A stretch of DNA of 60,396 bases from Candidatus Levybacteria bacterium RIFCSPHIGHO2_01_FULL_36_15 (GCA_001782015.1 MFNJ01000047.1:13912-74307); one strand, 5' to 3'. Counted from the stretch's first letter, positions 29,659 through 40,003 are shown. Notes: generated from the letters alone by a model not told the origin. Numbers and translations: made by a program.

Positions 29659-30672
29659 ATGTTATCAAAACGCATTGGAATCGATCTTGGTACCGCAAAT
29701 ACATTGGTTTACCTTGCAGGGGAGGGAATAGTTCTTAATGAGCCCACAGTTGTTGCCCTAAGAATGGATGACAATAAGGTGGTGGCTGTGGGGCAAGAAG
29801 CAAAGGAAATGCTGGGAAGAACTCCGGGGAACATTATTGTAACACGTCCTTTAAAAGACGGAGTAATTGCTGATTATGTTATCACGGAAGCAATGCTTTC
29901 TTATTTTATTGATAAGGTGTCGGGTAAGTCCCGCTTCATAAAACCGGAAGTCATGGTTTGCATTCCCTCCGGCGTAACACAGGTGGAAAAACGGGCTGTG
30001 TTTGATGCTACTCTTGCAGCAGGAGCACGTGCCGTATACCTTATTGAAGAACCGCTTGCTGCTGCAATTGGTGCAAAAATTCCGATTGCGCTGCCAACGG
30101 GACACATGATTGTTGACAGCGGCGGAGGCACAACAGACATAGCAGTAATTTCTCTTGGGGGAATTGTTGTCCATAAATCGGTTAGAGTCGCTGGAAATAA
30201 GCTGGAAGAAGCGATCGCAAATTACATAAGAAAAAAATTTAATCTACTTGTGGGTGAAAGAACATCTGAGGAGATAAAGTTAAATATAGGTAATGTTGTT
30301 CCGGATGTTAAAGATATAAAAAAAATGCAGGTTAAAGGAAGGGATAGCGTGAATGGTCTGCCGCGGCTGATAGAAGTGGATGAAGCACAGGTAAGTGAAG
30401 CAACGCTTCCAATGATAAAAACAATAATTACCGGTATTAAAGAGGTTTTTGAAATTACTCCGCCGGAGCTGGCAAGTGACATAATAGATAAAGGCATTGT
30501 CCTTTCCGGTGGCACGTCGCTGTTTAGGAATCTTGATAAATATATAGCTCAGGAAACCGGAGTCCCTTCATATGTAGCTGAAGACCCATTACTTTGTGTG
30601 GCGCGGGGAACAGGAGTTGCCTTGGAAAATCTTGAGCTTTATAAAAGGTCCATAGGTAAAAATGACTACTAA
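29659..30672 (+). CDS. mreB: Rod shape-determining protein MreB
   Basis: IGIDLGTAN, RPLKDGVIAD, IEEPLAAAIGA, DSGGGTT, TPPELASDI. Confidence 0.97.
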   Translation: MLSKRIGIDLGTANTLVYLAGEGIVLNEPTVVALRMDDNKVVAVGQEAKEMLGRTPGNIIVTRPLKDGVIADYVITEAMLSYFIDKVSGKSRFIKPEVMVCIPSGVTQVEKRAVFDATLAAGARAVYLIEEPLAAAIGAKIPIALPTGHMIVDSGGGTTDIAVISLGGIVVHKSVRVAGNKLEEAIANYIRKKFNLLVGERTSEEIKLNIGNVVPDVKDIKKMQVKGRDSVNGLPRLIEVDEAQVSEATLPMIKTIITGIKEVFEITPPELASDIIDKGIVLSGGTSLFRNLDKYIAQETGVPSYVAEDPLLCVARGTGVALENLELYKRSIGKNDY

Positions 30673-30917
30673 AATATTTACCTATAATACTCAAAAATGA
30701 ACTTTACTGTCAAGATATTTTCACAAATGTTTCACGGAGCACCAGTATTAAAAATATCCTCTAGTTTATTTTTCTCTAATGCCAATAATTTAGCTGATTA
30801 TTTAAAAAACACTAATAAATGTATTCATAAGACAGTAAAAACAGTAGGGTAAATAATTTAAACGGAAATAGCTTAACGCAAGCAATATGTTCTTAGTAAT
30901 GTAATCTTATAATTTAT

Positions 30918-31691
30918 ATGATATCTACAGATTTATTGGGAGTCAATATAACAACAGAGAAAAAAGATAAAATCTTAGAGTATATTACTAGAAGCCTAAA
31001 AAATAGAGACAGAAGATACTTTATTGTTACTCCTAATCCCGAAATATTGGTTTATGCAGAACACCATCCAGAGTTTAAGAGAGTATTAAATGAGGCTAAT
31101 ATAGCCTTACCGGATGGTTATGGCATAGTATGGGGAGCCAAGCTATTGGGTAAGCCCCTCAAGCAGCGAATTGCAGGAGTAGACCTTGTTGAAAAGCTAT
31201 GTGAAAGGCTGTCTATCCCTGTCCAAAGCGGGTCAAATACTGTTGAAGCAAAGCCCGAACGGATTGCTAATATAGGCTTTCTGGGCGGAGGGGATAGTGT
31301 AGCAGGCAAAACCGCTGATTGCTTGAAGAAAAAATATCCCGGACTGAAAGTTGCTTTTGCTAACTGTGAGTGGAAAGAGGAGTTGTTGAGCTCCAAACAT
31401 ATAGACATTTTATTTGTAGCTTTTGGTTTTCCCAAGCAGGAAGAATGGATTTACAGAAATTTAAACAGGCTGCCGGTTACAGTTGCCATGGGAGTAGGAG
31501 GCGCATTTGACTATATAGGTGGCTTTGTTCCGCGTGCTCCAAAGTTTGTTCAAAACTTGGGACTTGAATGGTTATTTCGCCTGATCGTCCAGCCGTGGAG
31601 ATGGAGGAGGCAAGTCGCGCTTGTGGAATATGGGTGGTTGATTTTCAGGGAAACATTAAGATTCAGATTAAAGCGTTTAATTGCTTTATAA
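30918..31691 (+). CDS. WecB/TagA/CpsF family glycosyltransferase
   Basis: VTPNPE, LPDG.GI, RIAGVDL, FG.PKQEEW, GVGGAFD, RAP....GLEWLFRL..QPWRW. Confidence 0.95.
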   Translation: MISTDLLGVNITTEKKDKILEYITRSLKNRDRRYFIVTPNPEILVYAEHHPEFKRVLNEANIALPDGYGIVWGAKLLGKPLKQRIAGVDLVEKLCERLSIPVQSGSNTVEAKPERIANIGFLGGGDSVAGKTADCLKKKYPGLKVAFANCEWKEELLSSKHIDILFVAFGFPKQEEWIYRNLNRLPVTVAMGVGGAFDYIGGFVPRAPKFVQNLGLEWLFRLIVQPWRWRRQVALVEYGWLIFRETLRFRLKRLIAL

Positions 31692-31808
31692 AATAATATA
31701 GAGTATTTTTAATAACTTAAATCAACTACCGATAACCAAAATTCCCCTCTTGACATGTTTGAATTATTTTGTTACTCTAGTTATAGTTACGATATACTTT
31801 TAACTACA

Positions 31809-32021
31809 ATGGCTAATCAGAATGTATCAATAGATAATCTTCCAGATCTTTTAACAGTCCGTGAGGTTGCTCAGTTATTAAGAGTTTCACCATTAACAAT
31901 CAAGCGCTGGGGTAAACGCGGAAAACTTCCCGCCATACGTATTAATTCCCGCGGCGACAGGCGCTACAAAAAAGAAGCAGTATTATATCTTCTTGGAATT
32001 CAGCAAAAAACAAACGTATAG
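31809..32021 (+). CDS. Excisionase/MerR-like (HTH_17, BldC-like) DNA-binding protein
   Basis: LLTVREVAQLLRVSPLTIKRW.KRGKL.A.RI..RGDRRY; promoter TTGACA-17-TACTCT upstream. Confidence 0.9.
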   Translation: MANQNVSIDNLPDLLTVREVAQLLRVSPLTIKRWGKRGKLPAIRINSRGDRRYKKEAVLYLLGIQQKTNV

Positions 32022-32101
32022 TTCTATTTGTTAATAAGCGTTTAGGTTTCAGGCAGAATTTTCAATCTGATCTTTAAAGCCAAGCTTTGGCATTGTTTAG
32101 C

Positions 32102-32152
32102 AAAAAAGAACCAGTGCTTTGGCTCCTTGGAATCCAGCAGAAGACTAGCTAA
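32102..32152 (+). pseudogene. Displaced alternative 3' end of the HTH gene (copy 1)
   Basis: Translates KKEPVLWLLGIQQKTS* versus KKEAVLYLLGIQQKTNV* in the intact gene. Confidence 0.8.
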
Positions 32153-32313
32153 TCTTAACTTTGACTCTAAATTCTTAATTATTAACTCTTAATTTTTAAT
32201 TCTGCATAGATACTTGAGTGGTGGGTTAGTGGCACCTGGAGATTCATCCGCTTTTGGGTTTTAATGCAACAGATACTTGTTATACTAATAATCTTATAGT
32301 ATAATTTAAGCCT

Positions 32314-33333
32314 ATGGCAAATCCTGAACTTTATACGCCAGAAATCAAACGTAGAGCAATCAGATTGGCTCAAGAACATAGGCAAAACTTTCTTGCCAGA
32401 CTACACGCGGAATTTGGTGAAAACGATACAGACGTATCATCTGAAGTGGCTTTTGTCAAAGAACGTTTCGCGCAGACATCAAGTTTAACATGTGAATATG
32501 TTTTTGTTAGAGATAATCAGCGATTAAGATTAGCAGAAGTGTTAGCCAGCGATCCGTTATTTTATCCAATTGAAACAAAAAATTCAGGAGCGTTTTATAA
32601 TAAAAGTTTAGATGCTGTATTTGTCTTTAGAAATCAAGAAATGCCCCTTGAAGCAGAAAGTTTTATGACAAGAAGAAAATTTGTCCACGAGTTGGCACAT
32701 TCAATAAAACTAGAAGATTCAGATGTAAAATTCAAAGGAGAGGATTTTAATCCTTATGACGCACTTGTCAAGGTAAATAAGGAAAATAATATTATTTTCG
32801 TGAATGTAACACAACCTAGAATGGGATTGAGATTAGTAGGAGGATGGGGTGCCTTTTTTGAAGAGGCTAAGGCAGAATATATTGCTACAGCTTGGGCAAA
32901 AGATCAACTTACTCAAGGAAGGTTCTCAGGAATTTTCAGGCAGATTTATGGCCCAGACTTTGACCCAAGATTAACTGACCAATTGAGTTTGCGGGCAAAT
33001 ATCCCAGAAATAGGAAGTTTTAGTGTGCCATTACCATATCTTATGATAGATAATCGGGGTGGGCTTAATCTGTCTGTTAGCACTTATCCTTTAATGGGTT
33101 TGGAAATTCTTTGCGAACGGGATCCTGAGATGTTGCCGTATTTTTTTGCAGCAGCAAACGGAGATTTGGAATCTTTAAGAGAATTTCCAAAAAGAGTTGA
33201 CCGGTTATTGGGTAAAGGAGCTTATGGTTATCTTCAAAAAAGAAGTAAGGATGAAGAACTTAAAACAAATTTCAAAAGAGGACTTACATATATTGTAAAA
33301 GCTTTAGGTGAAGAAGTTAATGATATTAATTAA
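32314..33333 (+). CDS. Hypothetical zincin-like metallopeptidase
   Basis: GAFY...FVHELAHS (HExxH) and downstream FFEEAKAE (third-ligand Glu). Confidence 0.6.
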   Translation: MANPELYTPEIKRRAIRLAQEHRQNFLARLHAEFGENDTDVSSEVAFVKERFAQTSSLTCEYVFVRDNQRLRLAEVLASDPLFYPIETKNSGAFYNKSLDAVFVFRNQEMPLEAESFMTRRKFVHELAHSIKLEDSDVKFKGEDFNPYDALVKVNKENNIIFVNVTQPRMGLRLVGGWGAFFEEAKAEYIATAWAKDQLTQGRFSGIFRQIYGPDFDPRLTDQLSLRANIPEIGSFSVPLPYLMIDNRGGLNLSVSTYPLMGLEILCERDPEMLPYFFAAANGDLESLREFPKRVDRLLGKGAYGYLQKRSKDEELKTNFKRGLTYIVKALGEEVNDIN

Positions 33334-33419
33334 CATTTTTTCTTAAAGCTAAAATTGAAGATAAAGGTTTTAGACTATAAGTAATTATCTGATATCCTTT
33401 CCAAAGCCAAGCTTTGATT

Positions 33420-34562
33420 TTATTTCTTCCCTACAATAAATTCCAAATAATTTTTTGGAGTAATGACTGAAAAAGAAGCATCAGGATATGAAGTTTTCCA
33501 TTCTTTTGGTGCTGTAGTTTTTCGCTTTTCAGACCATTTGCATTCATACGCGAAAATCTTTCCTTCTCGTTCTTCAATAATATCGATTTCCTGCTGGTTA
33601 TATGTCCGCCAAAAATACGTATTTGCATAAAGATTTTTGTACGAACGATATTTTAATCGTTCAGTAAAAATAAAATTTTCCCATAATTGTCCAATATCTG
33701 CTCGCAAATCTAACGGATTAAACTGTAGGATAAGACCATTTCGTATTCCGTTGTCAAGAAAATAATACTTTGCTTTGCTTGTTATTTCACTCCTTAAGTT
33801 TCTGCTAAATCCTGTTACGCTTTTGATAACAAACGCTTTCTCAAGAAGGTCAAGATATCTTTGTACTGTTTTAACATCTATGTTGACTGCATTTGCAATT
33901 TCATTCAGAGAAACTTGACTGCCAACTTGAAAAGCAAGAAGCCTTAAAATTGACAAAAGCGTTTTTGAACTTTTTACATTTTCAAGGGTTAGAATATCTT
34001 TTAAAAGGTATGAGTTCACAAGCTCTTCGAGCACTTGAATCTTTTTGTCCAGTAATTTTTCAAGAAGTACTTCGGGGTAACTGCCAAAGATAAGAAAACC
34101 ACTCAACTTTTCTTTAATTTCAAACTCATTATATTTGGATGATAAAAGTTCAAGTTGAGCGATAGGGTATAGGCAGAGTGTTTGTTTTCTGCCTGTAAGT
34201 GGTTCACCAATCTGGCCAGACAGTTCAAATGAGGATGATCCTGTAGCAATAGTACGAAGAGACGGTACTTGGTCCACCAATATTTTAAGCCCCATGCCGA
34301 TATTAGGAATATTTTGAGCTTCATCGATAACCAGAAGGTCATAGCCTTCTACGTAAGGTAGGATTTGGGAAAAATCCTGAGATCCTAAAATTTGTTGTAC
34401 GCGTATATTGTCACCTGAGTCAAGTTTGTATTTCCAGGTAGTTTTGGAAAGAAACTGGTTGACTAAGGTTGTTTTCCCAACACGACGAGGCCCATATATA
34501 ATCAAAGCCTTACCTGGTTGAATATACTTTTCAAAATTTGAATAATAGCGTGGCAGCAACAT
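33420..34562 (-). CDS. AAA_14 ATPase with DUF4143 domain (second paralog)
   Basis: GPRRVGKTT, VIDEAQ, ATGSSS, LTGRK, YFLDNGIRN, LWENF, QEIDIIE, ECKW. Confidence 0.92.
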   Translation of the reverse strand: MLLPRYYSNFEKYIQPGKALIIYGPRRVGKTTLVNQFLSKTTWKYKLDSGDNIRVQQILGSQDFSQILPYVEGYDLLVIDEAQNIPNIGMGLKILVDQVPSLRTIATGSSSFELSGQIGEPLTGRKQTLCLYPIAQLELLSSKYNEFEIKEKLSGFLIFGSYPEVLLEKLLDKKIQVLEELVNSYLLKDILTLENVKSSKTLLSILRLLAFQVGSQVSLNEIANAVNIDVKTVQRYLDLLEKAFVIKSVTGFSRNLRSEITSKAKYYFLDNGIRNGLILQFNPLDLRADIGQLWENFIFTERLKYRSYKNLYANTYFWRTYNQQEIDIIEEREGKIFAYECKWSEKRKTTAPKEWKTSYPDASFSVITPKNYLEFIVGKK

Positions 34563-34696
34563 ACTATTATCCTAACATAACTCTATAAATTTGTCAAGTT
34601 TTATGGATTAACACTCCATAGATTAGGTTAATTTTAGGGAAAATTGTCTGTATAAAAACTTTACAAACGGCATGTAGAACTGCTTTGGTATTTTTG

Positions 34697-34801
34697 AAAT
34701 GTGGAAAGCCTTTGGTAATTCGGATTAAATCGCAAGGAAATTAAAGATATAAAAAAGAAGCAGTCTTTTGGCTTCTTGGAATCCAGCAGAAAACAAGCTA
34801 A
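34697..34801 (+). pseudogene. Displaced, decayed 3' half of the HTH gene (copy 2)
   Basis: KCGKPLVIRIKSQGN*RYKKEAVFWLLGIQQKTS* aligns without gaps to KRGKLPAIRINSRGDRRYKKEAVLYLLGIQQKTNV*. Confidence 0.85.
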
Positions 34802-35028
34802 TTCTTCGATTCCGCTCAGGACGAAAGCTCTTAATTATAAACTCTAAGGCCCCTTCGCAAAATAAAGTTTATGAATATTTTGCTACGGAGGCCTTAGGGC
34901 GCATAGCCAATTGTAAAGTTTAATTTGCGACGTGCCCTAAACTATCAATTCTTAATCTCAAAATTTAAACTATTTACTTTAATTTTATGGATGCTATAAA
35001 TCTTGATTATGTTGATAAAACATAGAAC

Positions 35029-35620
35029 TTAGCCATCCTTCAACAAGAGGGCTTGAATTTGAGCATTGCGTGAGAGCTGAAGGATTGTTCTGTTTGCATT
35101 CAGATATATTGCAGTTTGCGTAACTCCTCTCTCATCTGTCAATTGAGATGGATGTCGTGAAACACCATCCAAACCATAAAACCTGATGAGAAGCGCAAGC
35201 GGGCGTGGAAGTATTTTATCCGTCCTTGTTCTAGTATATTGTGTAAAAATATTATCCGATCTTAATTGGATATTCTCCGGAGGGTCTTCAGGAAGATATG
35301 CCTCAAAAACCCGGATTAAGACCTGTCTTGCCAGCTCTAAGTTTATGTTCGGCTTTACGTATTTGTACGGTTTCAATTTCCTATACTCACAATCGATTCT
35401 TGCTACAACATTTGATATACCTTTATTTAAGATTTCTTCTTCTTTTTTGGGAAGCAGGGTTTTTCATTTTTTCAATTAGATCTAACGCAATTTCCCTTTG
35501 CCTTTTCCATTCAAGAGTTTGGTTGACCTGTTTGTTTGTTGCTAAAGACGGATTTTCAAGAGATTCCTGCTGGCTATCTGAATGTGAAAAAGGGCCAATT
35601 TTATCTGATTCCTGTGTCAT
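35029..35620 (-). pseudogene. Frameshifted gene with a C-terminal sigma70 region-4-like HTH
   Basis: ORFs 35423-35620 and 35029-35376 join if one A is removed from the A5 run at 35460-35464; LLIRFYGLDG...GVTQTAI resembles Sigma70_r4; promoter TTGACA-17-TAGAAT. Confidence 0.6.
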
Positions 35621-35961
35621 GGAGGAAATTCTATATGTGCAACAGGTATTTGTCAAGCTTAGCGCGGAGGAATGCAACTTTCCAAGAAGAGCTTGATTTT
35701 GTTTAGACTTCAGTGAATTTTAAGGTTAGCGTCTTAGGATTCAGAAGCAACAGGAGAAGTATAACTGTTTTGCCTCTTGTATTCCCACAAATCCTCTTTC
35801 TATGACCGCGTGTCGCATAAGCTTTATTCGGCTGCCGAACCCCTTTGGCGAAGGAGGTATGGTGGCGCAAGCTTCAGATGGGCACACAAAGAGAGCAGTC
35901 CCCTAATTCTATTAATTATGAATAAGCCAATGCAACAAGGATTACGTTCTTATAATTTGCG

Positions 35962-36471
35962 TTAAGAATGTCTTTTTAAAGATTCAACGTCAGCTCTAAG
36001 TATTCTTGCGTCAAGACCTTGTTTTTCACAGTTAGCAATTTCACCCATCAGAAATTCCAACTTGTTTTCCGTGGCGAGTTTCATGGCGCGTCTCATAAAT
36101 TGTTCTTCGGTTTGTTCTTCCGGCCTACCGGAAGAAGGTAGGGGTTGATTGTTTTTTGGTTTTTCACCTTCTGTTTTTGCAATAACTTCCACAACAGTTT
36201 TTGCATCTACTTGATCGGCATCCGGCGGTTGAATATTATTGGTATAAAAGACTACGGGAGCGCAAAATACACGATTTGCATTATTAACACTTAAATCAGC
36301 AATTACAAATTCTCCTTGTCTTAAGCTTGAGCCGACCAATTGATCCTTCACCTTTTCTGCAGAATCAGGCGATACTTGTTCGGTTATCTTATGACCGTTC
36401 ATGCCAGTCATACGGGCTAATCGTCTGGTACCTGTAGGTACGAGCGTAATTCTTTCGGCTGGTATTCCCAT
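35962..36471 (-). CDS. Hypothetical protein
   Basis: 169-aa ORF with TTGCAA...TATAAT just upstream. Confidence 0.65.
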   Translation of the reverse strand: MGIPAERITLVPTGTRRLARMTGMNGHKITEQVSPDSAEKVKDQLVGSSLRQGEFVIADLSVNNANRVFCAPVVFYTNNIQPPDADQVDAKTVVEVIAKTEGEKPKNNQPLPSSGRPEEQTEEQFMRRAMKLATENKLEFLMGEIANCEKQGLDARILRADVESLKRHS

Positions 36472-36745
36472 GTGCGTTATTATATACCTTTCTTACTTGA
36501 TTTTGCAACTTTTTCGAAAGAAAAATGTTGTTAAATCAGTCTAGAAAGAGTTATACCCGTAGCATTTTCAAATGCGAAGGGTATACTATAAGGTTTATTA
36601 AATTTAAAGAGATAAATTTTTTGATAATACAAAAGATAACTTGTTTATTCAAGCTGGAAAAATTTATATTCGACTACGCAAAAATCATCAAAAACAGGAA
36701 TTGTCTCTCTTGACTTCTTTTTTTGAAACATATTAACTATATCTA

Positions 36746-39700
36746 GTGAGAGAAAAAGTAAAAGAATTTATTCAATCAATTCCGGTTGTCAAATCACTGA
36801 ACCTGGTAACCATCGTGGTTCTTCTTATCTCCCTTCCCATTACAATTCTACTTGTTAAACAAAGACAAGACATCAGACAAAGAGCACAAACCACTCAAGC
36901 AGAAAATGTAAACAAAGTTCCAGGAGAACCTGATTTCAACTCAGTTTATCCCTTGGCGATAAACGATCCAATCTACAATCTTACAGTAAGCGGAACTATA
37001 ACCTTAAAAAAAGAAAATAGCTATACAAGAATTATTCTTGTTGATAAAAAAAATAATGAATATTTAGTTTTTGAAACTAATCCGTTAATTTCTAATGGTA
37101 ATAAAATCCAATTAAATAGCGTTTGTGAAGAAACGTGTATTTTGAATGCAGTTATTCCTGATCATTTAAGAGTTGAAGGAAACAGTTCTTCTTTTATTAT
37201 TACCCAAACTTTAATCTCAGAAGAATATCAGGGTAAGAAAATTAAAGACGCAAATTTTGATTTTGCTCAAGAGTCACAAAGAATTAAAGATGAAAAAGAC
37301 AGAATAAAGATAGAGGCACTTAATCGAAGAATAAAAGAAAAGGGATTAAAATGGAAAGCAGCAAAGACTTCATTCGCTCAAAAGACCTACATGGAAAAGA
37401 GAAAACTAATTCCAGGTTTCAACGGCAAACCACTTGACCACCTGCCCAACCTCCAAGGAGCAGAATTCTATGCTGGTGGTATATTTGAACCGGTAAGATC
37501 AGCTCGTTTACCTTCATCAAGCGAGCGGGTTCTGGCATTGCAAACCGCAATTTTAAAAGTAACGGATGGATATGACCAAAAATACGGCAATACCTTAGTT
37601 CAAAATGGCAATCTTTACCTTGTTACAAATAGCGATAACCAATGGGGAGAAGTTGATCCTGGTTACTTCACCAGTTTTTCCTTTGAGAAAAAAATTCCTG
37701 TTACAGCAAGTGTTGCGTCAGTAACATTTTATGTGGAACACTGGGAAGAGCAAGGAATCGATATTTCATCTGTCTACTGGCAAGCCGGAACAGGAGAGCT
37801 ATCCAGCCCCAACCCCCTAAATATTTCCAATGCCCCGCTGCGTGTTTCCGAAAGCTCCGAGACAACAGATTCCTGGGCTATTAATAATCTGAATACTTCA
37901 CAGGTTAATGATTTAAAATTGGTGATTAAAAATAATGACAGCGCAGGCAAAAAAACAAAATACGATTATATTTATGCGGAAGTCACTTATTATGATGACA
38001 TCGTGCCTACCCTTACACCAACACCTATAACTACTATAATACCCACAGTAACACCGTTGCCAATTTCTACTCCAACAAATACCCCGATTCCTACTAATAC
38101 ACCTATCCCATCCCCTCTTCCAACTGCCACTCCCACTTCTTTCCCGACTGATCCGTATCCGCTTACCTGGGATTATCGCAACTGGCATGGTGAAAACTGG
38201 ATGACGCCAGTTAAAAACCAAGGCAGCTTGGGTACGTGTATAATTTTCTCTGAGTCTGCCTCAGTTGAAGGTGTAACCAATTTATACTTCAATCAGCATA
38301 TAGATTTTGATGTTTCCGAGCAGGATATATTATCATGTCCTGGCTTTTATACAAGTGGAATAACTGATGAAACATGCTTTCCTTATGATGGAGAAGTTAC
38401 CCCGCCCTGTGAACAAAAATGCGCAGACTGGCAAAACAGAACAGTAAAGACCACTGGCAAGATAACTATAGGTGTTAGTAACTACGATGTACCTTACTCA
38501 GTTAAAAAACTGAAAGATGGAATCGCCAGATACGGTGTACTAGATATCGGTTATGCACCATGGAGGCATGCAATGGCCTTGCTTGGCTGGGAAACAGACC
38601 CGGTTGACAATGCTCCTGTTTGGATTTTTAAAAACAGCTGGGGAGCAGGCTGGGGAGAAAACGGCTATGCCAGGATTAAAGATCCTGCTGGTATAGACAC
38701 TTTCGAAAACCTGCCCAGCGGTGTCCAAACGCCCATTACTCTGGCCCGTAACCCCTCTCTGCAGACTGCCTGTGTTGATAAAGATAATGACACTTACTGC
38801 CAATGGGGGATATCGGAGACAAAACCTTCTAACTGTCCGTCAATCTGCCAATTGGTAAAAGATTGTAATGATATTGACCCAACAGCCTTATTTTATGATG
38901 AATATTTTAACTGTGTCTATCAGGGGCAACCGACACCCACCAGAATTCCTACCCAAACACCTAGTCCGACAATAACACCTTTCCCAACACCTACTCCTAC
39001 AATTGAACCCTATTTATCTATTTCCCCCTCAAACCTACTCCGAATAGAAGTTAAGCCAGGAACAACTGTGAAAATAGCTGATATTGTATCTACCGGGGCT
39101 ACTTCATTTCAGCTTGATGGCGACCCGATCGATTATGAACCCAGGATAAAATGGATACCTCAGTCAGGCAGTATCCAACCCGGCAATTTAGTACCTTTGT
39201 CTATTCAGGTTGACAGCACTGTTCCTGTTGATGCAATAATGGGAGCCACAGAAAGATTGATTAATCCGGCAAATGGAGGTTTTTATAGCTTTAACGTCAT
39301 GATCTCCGTTATTGCTGTAAATCCCACTCCTACCCCAACCATTGCTCCACCCCCTCCGCCAACTAACCTAACTTCTTCGTGTCCTTTGCCTGGTAACTCT
39401 ATAGCGCTTGGGTGGTCTTTTGCCCTAGGAGCAAAATATTATGCTGTAAGAATAGATGATTTGTCAAACGGCTGGAGCGGAGACTGCAGTCAACCTTACA
39501 GTGGCGATTTCTGCATCAATATAGACAGCCATTACAGTAGCACTTATTCACTTACATACTATATTGGGCCTGGTGCTTCTGGCCATTCATTTGCCTGGTG
39601 GGTACATGCTGTAAATTATCTTGAGATGTGGAGTCCAGCTGCGTATGGTCCCAATGTCACATGCCCTGTTCTTACACCCACTTCTACCTCTACTCCAACC

Positions 39701-40003
39701 TTAACACCAACTCCCGCCCCCGATCTTACTCCCCCAACAATTACTATTACGTATCCTTCCAATGGATCAACCATTACAAAAAATAGAACCCTAAATATAA
39801 CTGCAACAGCAACAGATAATGTAGGAGTTACAAAAGTAGAGTTTTATGTGAATTCAGTTCTTAAATGCACGGACACAACCTCTACCTACTCCTGCTCCTG
39901 GTTTGTACCGAATAAAACTAAAGTTAAATATACAATTATTGCAAAAGCATTTGATTTAGCAGGAAATACAAAAACACATTCTATCACCGTTACTTCAAAA
40001 TAG
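36746..40003 (+). CDS. Membrane-anchored papain-like (C1A) cysteine peptidase with Pro/Thr linkers and C-terminal Ig-like domain
   Basis: WDYR..TPVKNQGSLGTC (Gln/Cys), RHAMALLGW (His), WIFKNSWG.GWGENGY (Asn). Confidence 0.88.
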   Translation: MREKVKEFIQSIPVVKSLNLVTIVVLLISLPITILLVKQRQDIRQRAQTTQAENVNKVPGEPDFNSVYPLAINDPIYNLTVSGTITLKKENSYTRIILVDKKNNEYLVFETNPLISNGNKIQLNSVCEETCILNAVIPDHLRVEGNSSSFIITQTLISEEYQGKKIKDANFDFAQESQRIKDEKDRIKIEALNRRIKEKGLKWKAAKTSFAQKTYMEKRKLIPGFNGKPLDHLPNLQGAEFYAGGIFEPVRSARLPSSSERVLALQTAILKVTDGYDQKYGNTLVQNGNLYLVTNSDNQWGEVDPGYFTSFSFEKKIPVTASVASVTFYVEHWEEQGIDISSVYWQAGTGELSSPNPLNISNAPLRVSESSETTDSWAINNLNTSQVNDLKLVIKNNDSAGKKTKYDYIYAEVTYYDDIVPTLTPTPITTIIPTVTPLPISTPTNTPIPTNTPIPSPLPTATPTSFPTDPYPLTWDYRNWHGENWMTPVKNQGSLGTCIIFSESASVEGVTNLYFNQHIDFDVSEQDILSCPGFYTSGITDETCFPYDGEVTPPCEQKCADWQNRTVKTTGKITIGVSNYDVPYSVKKLKDGIARYGVLDIGYAPWRHAMALLGWETDPVDNAPVWIFKNSWGAGWGENGYARIKDPAGIDTFENLPSGVQTPITLARNPSLQTACVDKDNDTYCQWGISETKPSNCPSICQLVKDCNDIDPTALFYDEYFNCVYQGQPTPTRIPTQTPSPTITPFPTPTPTIEPYLSISPSNLLRIEVKPGTTVKIADIVSTGATSFQLDGDPIDYEPRIKWIPQSGSIQPGNLVPLSIQVDSTVPVDAIMGATERLINPANGGFYSFNVMISVIAVNPTPTPTIAPPPPPTNLTSSCPLPGNSIALGWSFALGAKYYAVRIDDLSNGWSGDCSQPYSGDFCINIDSHYSSTYSLTYYIGPGASGHSFAWWVHAVNYLEMWSPAAYGPNVTCPVLTPTSTSTPTLTPTPAPDLTPPTITITYPSNGSTITKNRTLNITATATDNVGVTKVEFYVNSVLKCTDTTSTYSCSWFVPNKTKVKYTIIAKAFDLAGNTKTHSITVTSK

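Noticed and set aside
35700-35960. Possible gene fragment or RNA between two hypothetical genes
   Set aside because: No recognisable motif in any frame and no convincing fold
38005-38160. Pro/Thr codon repeats in surface proteins as VNTRs or diversity-generating targets
   Set aside because: Codons are synonymous-diverse, consistent with ordinary linkers; no template/variable repeat pair with adenine-specific differences
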